Source: Neoconidiobolus thromboides FSU 785 (taxonomy: Eukaryota; Fungi; Entomophthoromycota). Taken from it: DNA of 64,000 bases. This document shows, piece after piece, positions 40,107-52,999 of this stretch. A program made the translations under genes and the position numbers. Where the stretch lies: NCBI GenBank assembly GCA_025603075.1, contig MU626275.1, positions 1-64,000 of the forward strand. The letters run 5' to 3'. Below the pieces are notes generated by a model that saw only the letters and a program-made list of their open reading frames with translations, did not search any database and was not told where the DNA came from. The number at the start of each line of letters is the position of its first letter. Position 1 is the first letter of the stretch.

Positions 40107-41693
40107 TCAATCCTTATTTACTGGTCCAACACGTTTAAGAAAAAGAGATAGAATAGCTCCAATTGAGAAAAATATAATAAAAGTATAGAGAACGGCTTTA
40201 AAAGCATCTGTATGGTAGCTTCTAATGACGTTTTCTAATTCAGGACTTAAAGTAGAAATATAAGAAGTATTATTGATCAAAGCGCTGATATCTATCTCTG
40301 AAGAATATTTTGACAATAGTCTAAGTAAAACATTTTGATAAATAGCACCTGAAATAATCACCCCAATAATCCCACCAAAATGAAAAAAGAATCGAATCAT
40401 TGAACCAACTGCTTGAGATTCGATTTCATTTAATCCTACCTGAGATATGACATTACTCATTTTTAAATTACCGCCAATACTTAAACCTACTAATGCTAAT
40501 GAGCAAAACAATTTAACTTTAGTAACTTCAAGACTCATAAAATAACTCAATAAAATAGCACCTAAAACACCAACCAAAGTACTAAATGTTAAAATTGGTC
40601 GATGTACATTGGTTTTTGTTGTAATTGGACCAATAATAAAGAAAGCTACTATAATACCAGCAATCATGGGTACTACGCCGACAACTGAATCTTTTGAAGA
40701 AGTAGATTGAAGTACTTGATAATAATATAAGAAATAAATAATTGATACAAAAAATACTGCTCCATTAAAAAATATAATTGCACAACAGAGGATACCATTT
40801 TGTGCTAAAAAAGGGCATTTTAATATTGGGTCTTTTGATAGTTTCAATTGTGTAAAAACAAAACCAAAAAGTAGCAAGATACTTAATACTAAAGCTAAAA
40901 TAACAGCAATTGAATCCCAAGGATAAACCTGATTAGCCCAGTTTAAAGATAAAGCTAATAATACTATAAACGAAAAGAGAGTTACTGTTCCTAAATAGTC
41001 AAATTCTGAGATCATAATATCTGAATCAATTTTGAACTCGTTTGGTAAAAGGAAAACAAGGATAATGAACGCCACACTAATAGGTGGAATAATTATATAA
41101 AAGCACCATCTCCAAGTTAAATCTTTTAGGAATATATCATTTAAAAAAGATCCCAATATAGAGACAAGTGTGAATATTCCAATGGCCATTTTGGTATAAG
41201 TCTCAAACTTGTCTTTTGGTACGATTTCTCTAATTATTAAAATACATGAAATTAATAATCCACCTGCACCAAATCCCATAATGACTCTAGCAACAATCAA
41301 CATAGTAAGGTTAACTGATAATCCAGCTATGATAAGGCCAATCAAAAAAACTAAAAGTGAGCATAAAATGGTGCTTTTGGGACTATATTTAAAACACAAT
41401 CTAACGATTTGTTTTTCGATAATAAAAGCAGCTGATAAATAAGCAATGCTAAACACACTTAACTTTGAAAGTTCATTAAATCTGGATGCTATTGGTATAA
41501 GTAATGTAATAATTATGGTCTGATCAAAAGCTGTGGATGCAATGATAAGAAATAATGCAAATAAAATAATTATAAGTTGAAACTTATTTAACTCTATTGC
41601 TGGCTTTTTGATTTCTAAATCGGTAGTACTACCAGCAACTGATGGCTGAATTTCAATATCACTTTCTACTTGATGTTTGTTTACCATTCTCAA
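40107..41693 (-). CDS. MFS drug:H+ antiporter-like transporter (DHA2/14-TMS type), divergent
   Basis: FDQTII, ARVIMGFGAGG and LTWRWCFYII with about 14 hydrophobic segments; intronless, 528 aa. Confidence 0.88.
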   Translation of the reverse strand: MRMVNKHQVESDIEIQPSVAGSTTDLEIKKPAIELNKFQLIIILFALFLIIASTAFDQTIIITLLIPIASRFNELSKLSVFSIAYLSAAFIIEKQIVRLCFKYSPKSTILCSLLVFLIGLIIAGLSVNLTMLIVARVIMGFGAGGLLISCILIIREIVPKDKFETYTKMAIGIFTLVSILGSFLNDIFLKDLTWRWCFYIIIPPISVAFIILVFLLPNEFKIDSDIMISEFDYLGTVTLFSFIVLLALSLNWANQVYPWDSIAVILALVLSILLLFGFVFTQLKLSKDPILKCPFLAQNGILCCAIIFFNGAVFFVSIIYFLYYYQVLQSTSSKDSVVGVVPMIAGIIVAFFIIGPITTKTNVHRPILTFSTLVGVLGAILLSYFMSLEVTKVKLFCSLALVGLSIGGNLKMSNVISQVGLNEIESQAVGSMIRFFFHFGGIIGVIISGAIYQNVLLRLLSKYSSEIDISALINNTSYISTLSPELENVIRSYHTDAFKAVLYTFIIFFSIGAILSLFLKRVGPVNKD

Positions 41694-42271
41694 TTTTTCG
41701 ATAAATGTTCATTTTGTATAATGTATTTATATAATCTCTACTAATATCAATGACAATCACCCCTTGGTTTGTCCTTTAATCATTGACGGGTTTATATTGA
41801 TAGCATTAGTTCAACAAATTGAAATTCAACTAAATTTAGTAATAATTGAAATTCTATTTAACTTGTTTTGAATTATTAGTTTTTTCTATAATTGTTCTAA
41901 TTAACTTGCATTAATTCCCTTTAACGAATTTGCCGCCTTTGGATTGTTGTAATACAATGGATATTCATAGATGACTTTGTTTTTTTTGATAGGAGATTAC
42001 TAAAGAGTATATAGAACTTTAATGCTAATAAATTTTTCTAAGTAATTTTTGTTTATAAACATAAAAAAATTAGCTATTGGTTATAACAGCTTTTATTTTT
42101 TTAAACAAAAAGCTAAAGTTAGCTACAGAAAACTCTACATAATTCAAGGGTTAGAACTAACATCAGTGATAAAGTAACTAAACATAATTTAAACATTTTC
42201 AAATTGAATCAAATCACAAAAATCAAACCAAATAAAAAATTAGCTAATTTTAATACGTATTTTTAAAGAAA

Positions 42272-43069
42272 TCAAATACTACTTATATTTGAGGATCTCG
42301 AAGGAAACATGGAAATAGATCTGGTGCTAGAAGTTGACTCCAATCTCTCTCTCGTATAGATGTACTCTTGACCAATACCATCACAATCTTCATTCAATTC
42401 ATTAGGATCCCCACCGATTAAAGCATAGATTTCCCTTAAGCTAGGGAAATGTGCCATTTTATTTGGACGAAAATCATATATCAATTTGCCATCTGGGTCA
42501 ATAACAAAGGTACCACCAAGCTGACGTAAATCCCCTGTAAAATTATTAGAGATCCCTTTCGATTTTAAATTTGATAATAATTTCATAAAATGTTTGGATA
42601 ACAAGCAAGATAATTGATGTAATCTTGAAGCTCTTTTTAATCCAGCAGCTTTATAAACTTTTCTTTCTGGATCTAAATAAATATCCCATCGCCAATATCC
42701 TAACGATAAAAAAGAGTGTAAATCCACATCTTCAAACGCTATAGCTATCAGACGCACATCATGCTCCTCAAATAAAGGTTGCATATCTGACATCATTTTA
42801 GCTTCTTGTTTACATAAACAGCAACCTAACCTTGATAACACTTTAATAATTACTGTTTGTCCTTTCCATATGTCACTCATTAACACTTCTTCTCCATTAG
42901 TTGTATTTATTTTCAAACCTTCAAATAAGTTTCTTTGGGTTGATTTTGTTTGACATTTATAATACAATGCTTCTTTCCTTGTTGATCGTGAAGTGCCAAG
43001 TGCCTCATAATTACTTAGAATTAATGAGCTTGGGTAGCTGTAAAATAAACAATTAGCGCTTGGAGACAT
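42272..43069 (-). CDS. SelU/PRXL2-like oxidoreductase, paralogue 3 (265 aa)
   Basis: Same length and motifs as paralogue 2, offset 6799 bp; flanks also related. Confidence 0.88.
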   Translation of the reverse strand: MSPSANCLFYSYPSSLILSNYEALGTSRSTRKEALYYKCQTKSTQRNLFEGLKINTTNGEEVLMSDIWKGQTVIIKVLSRLGCCLCKQEAKMMSDMQPLFEEHDVRLIAIAFEDVDLHSFLSLGYWRWDIYLDPERKVYKAAGLKRASRLHQLSCLLSKHFMKLLSNLKSKGISNNFTGDLRQLGGTFVIDPDGKLIYDFRPNKMAHFPSLREIYALIGGDPNELNEDCDGIGQEYIYTRERLESTSSTRSISMFPSRSSNISSI

Positions 43070-43522
43070 TGTTTGGTAAATTAAGTAGATTAGTTGAAAT
43101 GGTTTTTTAAAGAGAAAAAGTATTAGAGGAATGGTTTAAATACGTTTTTTTATTACAATAAAGTTTAATTAAAAGGTGTAAAATGCTAAGCTTCCAGCCT
43201 GAAAGTAGCATTTATTGATCAAATTTAAAATCTTAATTTAGATCAAAGCACAGTCTTGTTTAGGGGCCTTCTTAATATAGCTATTAAAGTTTGAATATAA
43301 AATATTTTTAATAGACTTAATTCAAATATACATTGGGTATTTTCATTTTGTATTTTCTCAATATAAAACTCGGAAAATTGGTACAAATAAAGTTACCAAA
43401 TATATATATAAATATCTAATTTGTGTTTCAATTTAACTTGGTAAAAGGCTGTATGTTGGATTTCAACAACTGTAAATCAACACTGAAAGTTTCAAGCCTA
43501 GTATAATTTCAAAACATCATAT

Positions 43523-43617
43523 GGGAATATATTTTTTGTTTAAGAACTTGTGATAGTCTTTCCACTCAAATAGTACTTAAAAAATGGAAAAAGTGATGAA
43601 GCCAAAAAAACATCTCC
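43523..43617 (+). mobile_element. ~97-bp MITE copy
   Basis: ATAT on both flanks; inverted partner follows after about 26 bp. Confidence 0.85.
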
Positions 43618-43643
43618 ATATTATACTTTTAAAAACTATACAT

Positions 43644-43742
43644 GGGGCTGTTTTTTTTTACTTTATTACTTTTTCTATCTTTTAAGCACTATTTGAGGGG
43701 GAAATTTGTTAGTAAAATTCCTAAACATAAAAATACATCACC
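43644..43742 (-). mobile_element. ~97-bp MITE copy
   Basis: Flanks ACAT/ATAT. Confidence 0.85.
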
Positions 43743-44274
43743 ATATGTAGCTTTTTTAAAATATTTTATAAAAATAACATTATTTTATTGTTTAGTCATA
43801 TATATAAAAGTAAATTTAAAACTTTAAAAGCTTTTGTGAGTTAACTCCTCTCTATGATAACCCTCAAACATTTTAAAGTTTCCACTCTTCTCAATAAATA
43901 CTTATAAACAAAACGTTATCTTTAATTTCTATTTAAACAAATTTAAATGCCATTAATTCCATATCTTTAAAAAATACCATCAATTTTTTAAACTACGCTT
44001 TATAAGCATTTATAGAGGATACACTAATGGTTCAAATGTTTTGTAAAAATTTATAAGAGATTAGAACCATAACTGTATCCACTATATGACTTGATACACA
44101 AAATTGAAAAAAGCTTAAATGTAGATTTTTTATATGTACCTATAGTTTTAATATAGGTGATAACTTTATTTCAAAAATAAGGATTCTGATCCTCAAAAAG
44201 ACGATTTGAATTATAGTATCTGTGATAAGGATACAAAACTAGTCTACCGCTCTCCTGATATGAATCTAGCATAT

Positions 44275-44368
44275 AAGGGTGTTTTTTTTAGTTTCATTAC
44301 TTTTTCCATTTTTCAAATACTATTTGAGGGGAAAATTTATTGGCAAAATTCTTTAAAAAAATATCATC
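44275..44368 (-). mobile_element. ~97-bp MITE copy, diverged
   Basis: ATAT on both flanks. Confidence 0.75.
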
Positions 44369-44859
44369 ATATAAAGTTGAGGCATGTTTCATTCTAGTTT
44401 ATTAATGCCTTCTATCAGAAATATAGTATATATATGGTGACCAAGATAAAAGATTTAAAGTTTAAATAAGAAAAGGTTTTGAATAAAACCTATGGAATTA
44501 TAGTGGTGAACAATGTATGTCTATAGCTTTTAAACGTTAAATAATAAAGTTATAGCTGTTGTTACTGCCTTGAGACTTTTTTAGTAATGATTGTTATAAC
44601 AAAACATTTGTATAGCCAATTTTTTTAAGGTTGATGCTTATAATTTATTAATTTTATCATAATTTTCTTCTTAAATAAGAAGGTATATAGATCAGGTATA
44701 TAGATCCCAAAAGAGCTGGAATAGCTGTAAGTAAAATTTTGTTAAAGTAGATAAAAACAATGGAAAATACAGATTTGCTTTATTTTTTGCCCATTTTATC
44801 CAATAAAAATTAGACACTAAGATCTTAAAAAATATCACTAAATTTGAATATCAAGGTAT

Positions 44860-44958
44860 GGGGACGTATTTTTGCGTCTAAGAATTTTACTAGCAAATTT
44901 TCCGCTTGAATAGTGCTTAAAAAATAGAAAAAATAATGAAGTTAAAAAAAACAGCCCT
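44860..44958 (+). mobile_element. ~97-bp MITE copy
   Basis: Flanks GTAT/ATAT. Confidence 0.85.
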
Positions 44959-45145
44959 ATATATAATAGATATCGACAAATTAAACACTTCAAGAATGTT
45001 GCATATAAACAGTAAAAAGTTTTTAGTATATGTTTTGTTTTAAAAACAAATTAATAGAAATTTTATGTTATTTCTTTTAAATTTAACTCTTATTCTAATT
45101 TTACTTTCTGCTTTTTATTTATTGTTCCACACAATAATAAAATAT

Positions 45146-45243
45146 GGAGATGTTTTTTTGGCTTCATCACTTTTTCTATCTTTTAAGCGTTATTTGAGTG
45201 AAAAAATTCTTAGTAAAATTCTTAAACGCAAAAATACATCCTC
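45146..45243 (-). mobile_element. ~97-bp MITE copy
   Basis: ATAT on both flanks. Confidence 0.87.
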
Positions 45244-46142
45244 ATATATTATTCAGTTACATATAAATTATTACTTCATACATTGATGAATGATTTTGAC
45301 TTTTACTTAGATCCATTTTTTATAATACTATTAAGTAATACTTTACTATTATTACGTTGTTTATATTAATGGTTTAATTTAGAAATTTAAAAGCAATATT
45401 ATTTTTGACTTGAACAATAATATTGTGATGCTTTTTATTAGTTGCCCTTTTTTGCTATTTTTTTAAATTTAAAAATCAACTAACTAGTATACTGTTTAAG
45501 CTTGAATTTGAATTAACTAACTGTTTATTTTAAATTAAAAACTGAGTTAATAACTTTCATATTAGCATGGCAAGGGAATTAGCTGATTATAAATTCATCA
45601 TTTGCCAACCCAGACCTGAGCTTAAGCAGCACACTAGTTAGCTGATCTCTAAATTTTGAAGAAATAACAAAAAAAGTTTTAAAATGCTTTGTTTTTATAA
45701 TTTCAATAATAGTATTTTGATAAATATAAACTACTGAATATTGTAAATAAAAATAAATAAACGAGTTTTATGATAAACTATAATTTATGATTTTTTAATA
45801 TATTTATTTTAAGAATAATAATAATTTACGGCATTAGAAAAATAATAAAAACAATGAAATAGTTAATAAATTTAGTAACAAAAGACTTATACTAAATTGT
45901 CGTATTTTTTCAATTTAATTTTTTAATTTTCAGATTTATTTCATTATTATTATCTTTAATAAAGTTTAAAATTGTTCTTGTAAATTAATTTAATTTTATT
46001 ATAATATGTTAATTTTTATTTTTATTAGCTTTCTTTAAGATAACAAACTTCTAATAATAATAAAATAAATGCAATAATAAATAAAACTAATTGTATATTC
46101 ATTATCACATAAACAATAATTTAGTTTTTTGATTTTTTTTGT

Positions 46143-46232
46143 TGTAAAATCTAGTACTCAGTGGTTAGAATTAAAAGCAGCTTTTGCTTGCTTGACGAGT
46201 CGTAAGCTGAAAAGTCTTAGTTTATGTACTAG
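46143..46232 (+). mobile_element. Left-end fragment of the solo-LTR-like family
   Basis: TGTAAAATCTAGTACTCAGTGGTTAGAATTAAAAGCAGCTTTTGCTTG aligns with the start of 51603-52064. Confidence 0.7.
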
Positions 46233-48678
46233 ATTCCATAGTTTTTTTAAAATATTTATTAATATTGTGCTATAAGCTAACTGATAAAAGCAGTTATTAC
46301 TTTATATCTGGCGCTAAAACCCTATACTTTGCATGTATTTTACTTTTAAATAGAATACTTATTTTGCTTTTTTATTACTTTTGTTGTATTAAAATCAATT
46401 TTTTATATAAAGTTCGCAATAAAATATAATAATATCATTATCAGTTTTTGAACAAAATAATCAATTTTTAATTATTCTCCTTTATTGTTTTAAATTTTAA
46501 TTAGTTTTATGCTTCTATTTTTAGTTTGTTTATTTATAATATTAAATGAAGTAGTAAATAATAACTTTACTAGCGTTTATTATTTTAATATATCAAATCT
46601 GTGTGTGTATCATTAAAAAAACTTTTGATCTGTTTTATGTAGATTGTTGTTTCCTTGGTACATTTGCCTTGTCGATTATTTTTTTCAGGTTTGTTCATTT
46701 TATTCTTATAAGATACTAGTAAAAAATGCAGCTTGGATTTTAAAATAAACTTTTCCTTGTTATTTCATAAATTTCTTCTAATTTTGAAATAGCTTAAATC
46801 TAAAATAGTTGTGGCTGAGGAGGATGTTTCAAATTTTTTATCGAAAATCTAAATTAAATCCTCTAGAAAGTCTAAAACTATCATTTAGTTTTAACACTAG
46901 AAGTACTTTAAGACTAACTCTTAACCCTTAAGTTTGTTATCAGGTTTAATCAAATTTCATAATTTGACTAAAAAATGGATCATTGCGTTTAGAAAGTGTA
47001 TCAGTATTTTTTTTAAAAAGGCAACCATTTATTGAATTTGCTCAAATAGTTTCTAAGTATAATCAAAGTTAAACTAAGTTAATAAAAATCGATATTGCGC
47101 TATAAAAAACTAATCTTTTCGTAGTGACTTAATCATCTTGATTTCCATTCTAATTTTTGTCAGTTTAAAACATTACTAAAAAGCAACAACATTCAAGTAA
47201 GTCCTAGTTATGGAAATAGGATTTCAATGAAGCAAAATACTAATAAAACCAGAGTGTTAACATCCAACATTTCTATTTTTGTTATATACGAATATCTTTT
47301 TTGGTTTCAATGAAAAGGCATTGCCATATCCAAATTACTTAATAACAAAGAAACAAAGTAAGCTATTTTATTAGCATCTAGTTTTTAGTATCTTCTCAGA
47401 TCTCAAAATACTAAGTTTATATTAATTTTATTTATTATTAGAAATATTAATATTAACATTTGTAATATTTTTCGATAGGATAGTAAAATTAAATTCCAAA
47501 AAAATACTAATTAAAACCCTGTATAAATGGCGCAATAATTATTTTAAAAATATCACTTTTATTTGGATCAATCGAAATGTACTAGCAACACAATTCATTT
47601 GTTTCTTTGATTTGAATTCAATTTTATTTTATTTTCATACTTTTGAGGAGTAAAATCATAAAAGTGTTTTGTTTCTGAAACGTTTAATAGAAATGAGTAG
47701 ATAGGTAAGATGGGGAAGGAGGCGATGTAAAACAAACACTATTAGTTAAGCTTGAGGTAAAAACTGTGACTCAGATTTATTCTCGATTGAATTTTTATTT
47801 GATGAACAAAGAGATACTTTTATTTAAATTCATTTGAAACCCTAACTTACTCAAATGGTTGTAACCGCTAGTAAAAAGCAATTTTTAAAATTTATTTATA
47901 GTAATCTGGTAAAAGCTTTTATTTTAATATAAATCAGTATAGCAACTCAAAGTTAATTTTGGAATAATAGCTAGCAAAATCGAGGCTAAACCTATTGATT
48001 TTTTTCATTGTTTCAAGGACTGATGCCTATATTAGGACATTGTAAAAATAAAAATTCCCATAGTGATCAACATATCTTACTTAATAAGCTTATTTAAGTT
48101 TGATTTTACTTTACTTGTGGACAACTTCTATAAAAATGATTCATCAAAAATATTAAGTTTGATCATACTTTTAATTTAATATTTTTAGTTCAATTTAATT
48201 ATACAAAATTAGATTTTTAAATTCTTTAAATATAGCTGCTACAACTCTGTTGCGACCTAGTTAACCGTTCATTTAAGAATAAGTTTTTGCAAAAATTAAG
48301 CTAAAATTTTAAATTAAACTTTAAAAAACCAAATAAATAGCTGATAGATAAAAATTATCATAAAGAAATTCACAGTAAAGCTGCAGTAACTGTAATAAGC
48401 TTTCAGAAATAAATCATGGATAAAAATTTTGTCTCCACTAATAAAATATTTAGGAACTTCAATCGTTTCAATACGTTAAAAAAGATGTAAATACTTCACA
48501 CCTCCAAATTTCAAAAAATATTCATAAATAATTCAGAGTTTGTCATAATAAAGTAAAAAAAAGCTATCTTTAAAACAATTAATAATGTATTTATTTCGCT
48601 TATATTTAGTATTATTGATTAAAAACACATAATGAGACGCTTTGTATTATTTAATAAAAAAACATTGGAGGTAGTTAT

Positions 48679-49914
48679 TCACAAATATCTATCTAAAAAG
48701 AAATCTTCCTCAAGAAGAGCATCTGTAGTAATTCTTTTAGAAGGATCTGGATTAAGCATTGATAAAACGATATTTTTAGATAAATTGGAACTAGGCCAAT
48801 CAATATAACGTTTTATAAACATTTCTCTATCACGAACATAATCTGTAAAGCTAGACTGAGTTATACAAGCTAATGGCCAGGGTAGTTTTAATGTTACCAT
48901 TACAAGATATATTATACCAAGGCTCCAAGTATCGCATAATTTTGCGTCATAAACTTTAGATTGTAGAACTTCCGGAGCAATGTATTGATCGGTACCACAT
49001 ACATCTATACATAAAGCAGGTCCAGGGGCATTAAATAGGACTGCATTTCCAAAATCTATCACTTTAATTCCTCCATTTAAATCTAAGCATATATTTTCAA
49101 GTTTTAAATCTCTATGGGCTACCCCGTTTTCATGGAGATAGTTAACTACACTTACCAATTGACGATAGTGATGATTAAGTTGGCCTATAGAGGCTTTTCC
49201 TTCATACACAAGTCTAGCTAAGGTTAATGGATAGTAGTTCATTATTAAAGCATAATCGTTTCCTATAACAGTGATATCCAATGTCGAACTATGCTTTATA
49301 TCTTCAATCATCGAACTTATTATTGCTTCCTTTACGAATTTTTGATAATTGTCAGCTCCATCTTCAGATATCATAGGAACCTTTTTAATTGCAAATTTTT
49401 TCTTGTCGTGAGTTCTTTGTACTAAATAAACTTTTCCAAATGACCCATGTCCCAATATACTCTCCTTGGGTTCAAACTTCTCTGGATAATCCATTTTCGT
49501 TAACGATAGAACTTCTCTGACTTGATCAATAGATAAACGATTAACTTGCTTTTCAATTGAAGGCTTTAAAACTGATTTAATAATCTTTTTAGTAAAGTTG
49601 AAAATACCAGTTGGTCTAAATTTAGGAGAAAAGGGTATTCTATGGCTATAAATTTCTGAAGAGTTTGTGCCGGCTATGGATAAATCAGTATCATTTGAGT
49701 TAGTATTCACTGTAAAAAAGTTAGAATCCATAGATGAGCGAAGAGAAGATAATTTTTGGGAGTTATAATTTTCATCAACAGTTGCGTAAAGTTCCTCTGC
49801 AATTGATCCTCTACGTCCTCTTGAAGCAAAAGCTTTAGAACATGGTGGCTTGCCACTAAGAACGGATTCACATAAAGAACTCCTTCTACAATTAATTTTT
49901 GAATCAGCTAGCAT
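48679..49914 (-). CDS. Ser/Thr protein kinase, NPR/HAL-like
   Basis: GHGSFGKV, AIKK, HRDLKLEN, DFG, CGTDQYIAPE and DTWSLG; Ser-rich N-terminus; intronless. Confidence 0.92.
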   Translation of the reverse strand: MLADSKINCRRSSLCESVLSGKPPCSKAFASRGRRGSIAEELYATVDENYNSQKLSSLRSSMDSNFFTVNTNSNDTDLSIAGTNSSEIYSHRIPFSPKFRPTGIFNFTKKIIKSVLKPSIEKQVNRLSIDQVREVLSLTKMDYPEKFEPKESILGHGSFGKVYLVQRTHDKKKFAIKKVPMISEDGADNYQKFVKEAIISSMIEDIKHSSTLDITVIGNDYALIMNYYPLTLARLVYEGKASIGQLNHHYRQLVSVVNYLHENGVAHRDLKLENICLDLNGGIKVIDFGNAVLFNAPGPALCIDVCGTDQYIAPEVLQSKVYDAKLCDTWSLGIIYLVMVTLKLPWPLACITQSSFTDYVRDREMFIKRYIDWPSSNLSKNIVLSMLNPDPSKRITTDALLEEDFFLDRYL

Positions 49915-51602
49915 TTAAATAATATTTCTTGTCACGGAATTAGTGACAGTATTTATAATGTATTTTGCATGGTATCAAACATACTTTATATAAGAATAAA
50001 TGAGATGGAATGGATAGTTCTAAAACCAACTCAAATTGATTTAATACTTACTTGGGCTTCTTTTGATATCAAAGTTTACTTAATATGGTTTACTTCCCCC
50101 TTTTAGATTTTTAACGCCCAGACTTTTAGTTAATCAAAATGGAACTTAATTTGATTAAAATTAATATCGGGAAAACCAAGGGTTAATAATGAAAATAGGT
50201 TGGTCTTAAACAGTAGAATTTTACAAAACAATTTGAAAACTTGAAAACTATTCTATGTCTTAGCTATCTGTCTTAGATGAAAGGCTTTCGGAAAAAAAGG
50301 TTTTTAGTCGACTCAAAGGTTTAAAAGAAAATATTCAAATATAATGAAATGATTCTTATATTATAAATTCTAGAAGGTTAAATTGTATAACATTTTTTGG
50401 TTTTTAATTCTTTTTTAGCGCTCTAAAGCAATTTCTAATTTCATTATTGTGCTGATACCATTGATTTGTCCTAAAATAAGGAGTATCTAGTTTTAAACTT
50501 TGTAGCATCTAAATTTTGCTTTCTTTCATAATTTCTTTATTTGTTATTTAATAGTCTTGCTTGCCTAAATGGAATTTTGTATTCTAAAAATACTAATGTT
50601 GCAGCTTTTTGAGGCTTTTTGTAATGATAGTTTATATAATCAAATTATTTACAGAGCTGATTTTTAAAGCATTCCTTATATTTTAGCACAATTTTATTCT
50701 TAAATAAGCAGCTAATCAGACATAAAAAATTGGAACAACTGTAGTAGTCAATATATATTTATTAAATTGGGTTTAAATCCAACTGTGGTGTGTAAATCGA
50801 CATTTTTTTTTTTACAAAACACAGATTAAACATTAAAATTTACTAAATTTACCTAGAGTTTCTTTTACATGTTAATCAAATGAAAATATTATCATAATTA
50901 CTACTATATTACATTTATTATTATTAAATATTACAACTTTTCTATTTTATATTCATTGTTTAGAAATAGTATAATTTACTATATTTACTAATAAGTTGAT
51001 ATTTAGAAGACAGAGTTTATTAAGTATTTATCCACAATTCTATATTTTAGCTGAAATTTAACTAGGTTTTTTAGATTAAATGCTATGAACTAATGTTTAA
51101 CAAAAAAATAACCAATTAAAATTTGAAAATACTTTTCATTTATTATCTATTACCTGCCCTGCACCTTTAATATAAGGCCATTCTATATGTTCAGTTAGAT
51201 TTTTGGGTAAATCTAATACGATAAGGGTGCAAAAATGCAACAATAAAAAGTTTTCTACAATAAAATATATTTGCTTTTATAAATTAGATCTTTATCCATA
51301 TAGCTAGTAATTCTCTAATTTTTTTAGTAAAAGATAGCTGCTAAATGTATATTATTGGTTTATATTTTTTTAAAACTATATAGTAATAATTTTCTATTTA
51401 AATTTACTTATAATTAAATTTTAATTAATAATTTCAATATCGTTTTTTTATATTTTAGTAATTATTATAGCTAGATTTATATTATTAAAATTAGTTTGAT
51501 TATTTATGAATTTACTCTTATATTTTATTAATGCCGTTCTATTAAAGTAAATAAAAAAATAATTGTTATAAAATAATATTATTATATATATATAATTTCA
51601 AA

Positions 51603-52064
51603 TGTGAAATCTCGTACTTAGTGTTTGGAGTCAAAAGCAGTTTTTGCTTGATTGATGAGCCGTAAGTCGAAAGATCTTAGCTCATGTAACCAAGATAGAC
51701 TTGAATTATCAAGAATAGCATGTAATATACTACATAGTATGTAAGACAAACAGAATAGACAATACTACTGTAAAATCTACGTAAAATACTGTCAGAAAAA
51801 CTTGATAGATTTATTAAAGATAGAATACCAGAGAATAACTCAATCAAAAAGCCCCGAATTACCATGTTCTAGAACCTCTTTTATATTCCAACAAGTATGA
51901 GTATCAAGATGAGGGAATAATATTCTTTGTAATGAAATTAGAAACCCTTGCAGTAGATCAAAATAAGGGACTCTGAATTGATTGTGCCTAAGCCTGAGAA
52001 CGCAGCAACTTAAGTGATTATTATGTTGTAGTCAATCGTAAAGCTGATAAAGCGATATTCCACA
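51603..52064 (+). mobile_element. ~465-bp solo-LTR-like element, full copy
   Basis: TGTGAAAT...ATTCCACA termini; homologous to 12765-13232; no TSD found. Confidence 0.7.
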
Positions 52065-52137
52065 ACTTAAAGTTTAGTTATTTTATATCAATTGTAAATT
52101 TGAAAATTTGAAAAAAAGTGTATAAAATATTAGAAAA

Positions 52138-52236
52138 GGGGGTGTATTTTTATGTTTAAGAATTTTACTAATAAAATTCCCACTCAAATAGCGCTTAAAA
52201 AATGAATAAAGTAATGAAATCAAAAAAAACATCCCC
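52138..52236 (+). mobile_element. ~97-bp MITE copy
   Basis: Direct repeat AAAA on both flanks. Confidence 0.87.
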
Positions 52237-52294
52237 AAAATACAAAATTAAATTAATAATAATATCAAAAATAACATAACTAGAAATAATAAAT

Positions 52295-52391
52295 AGGGAT
52301 GCTTTTTTTGGCTTCATTACTTTATTCATTTTTTAAGCGCTATTTGAGTGGGAATTATTAGTAAAGCTCTTAAACACAAAAACACATCCCC
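52295..52391 (-). mobile_element. ~97-bp MITE copy
   Basis: Direct repeat AAAT on both flanks; inverted partner of 52138-52236. Confidence 0.87.
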
Positions 52392-52601
52392 AAATATTTA
52401 TGTCAAAATATTATTTAATATAACTAAAAAAATGAAAAATATTTTATAAAAACCTAAGGATATAAGTAAAATTTAAAACTTAATTATATAGCTAAAATAA
52501 ACTTCAATTCATAAATAAAAACTATAATAAAAAACAAGTCATATAAAATAATAAAAACAAGTATGAAAATAATCAAAAAATAAATAAATCAAGTAGCATA
52601 T

Positions 52602-52700
52602 GGGGATGTATTTTTGTATTTAAGAATTTTGCTAACAAAATTTCCGCTTAAATAGCGCTTAAAAAATGGAAAAAATAATGAAGTTAAAAAAGACACTCCC
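52602..52700 (+). mobile_element. ~97-bp MITE copy (near consensus)
   Basis: ATAT|GGGGATGT...ACACTCCC|ATAT. Confidence 0.92.
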
Positions 52701-52901
52701 ATATAAAAGCTTAATATAAAAACAAAATGCAATAGTATTTAAATGACTGTAAAATATTGCTTTACTAGCTTTATAATTGATTATAATATAATACATCATT
52801 TAAATTGTTTATAAAACTAATTGCAGTTTTATAATTAGTTTAATTATAACTTGTATGATAAATTTAGTTTTAGCTGATTTTGCTACTAAAAATTGTCATA
52901 T

Positions 52902-52999
52902 GGGGATGTACCTTTAGGTTTAAGAATTTTACTAACAATTTTTCCGCTTAAAGAGCACTTAAAGATAAAAAAAGTGATGATCTCAAAAAAAACGTCTCC
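52902..52999 (+). mobile_element. ~97-bp MITE copy
   Basis: Consensus match; right flank degraded. Confidence 0.82.
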
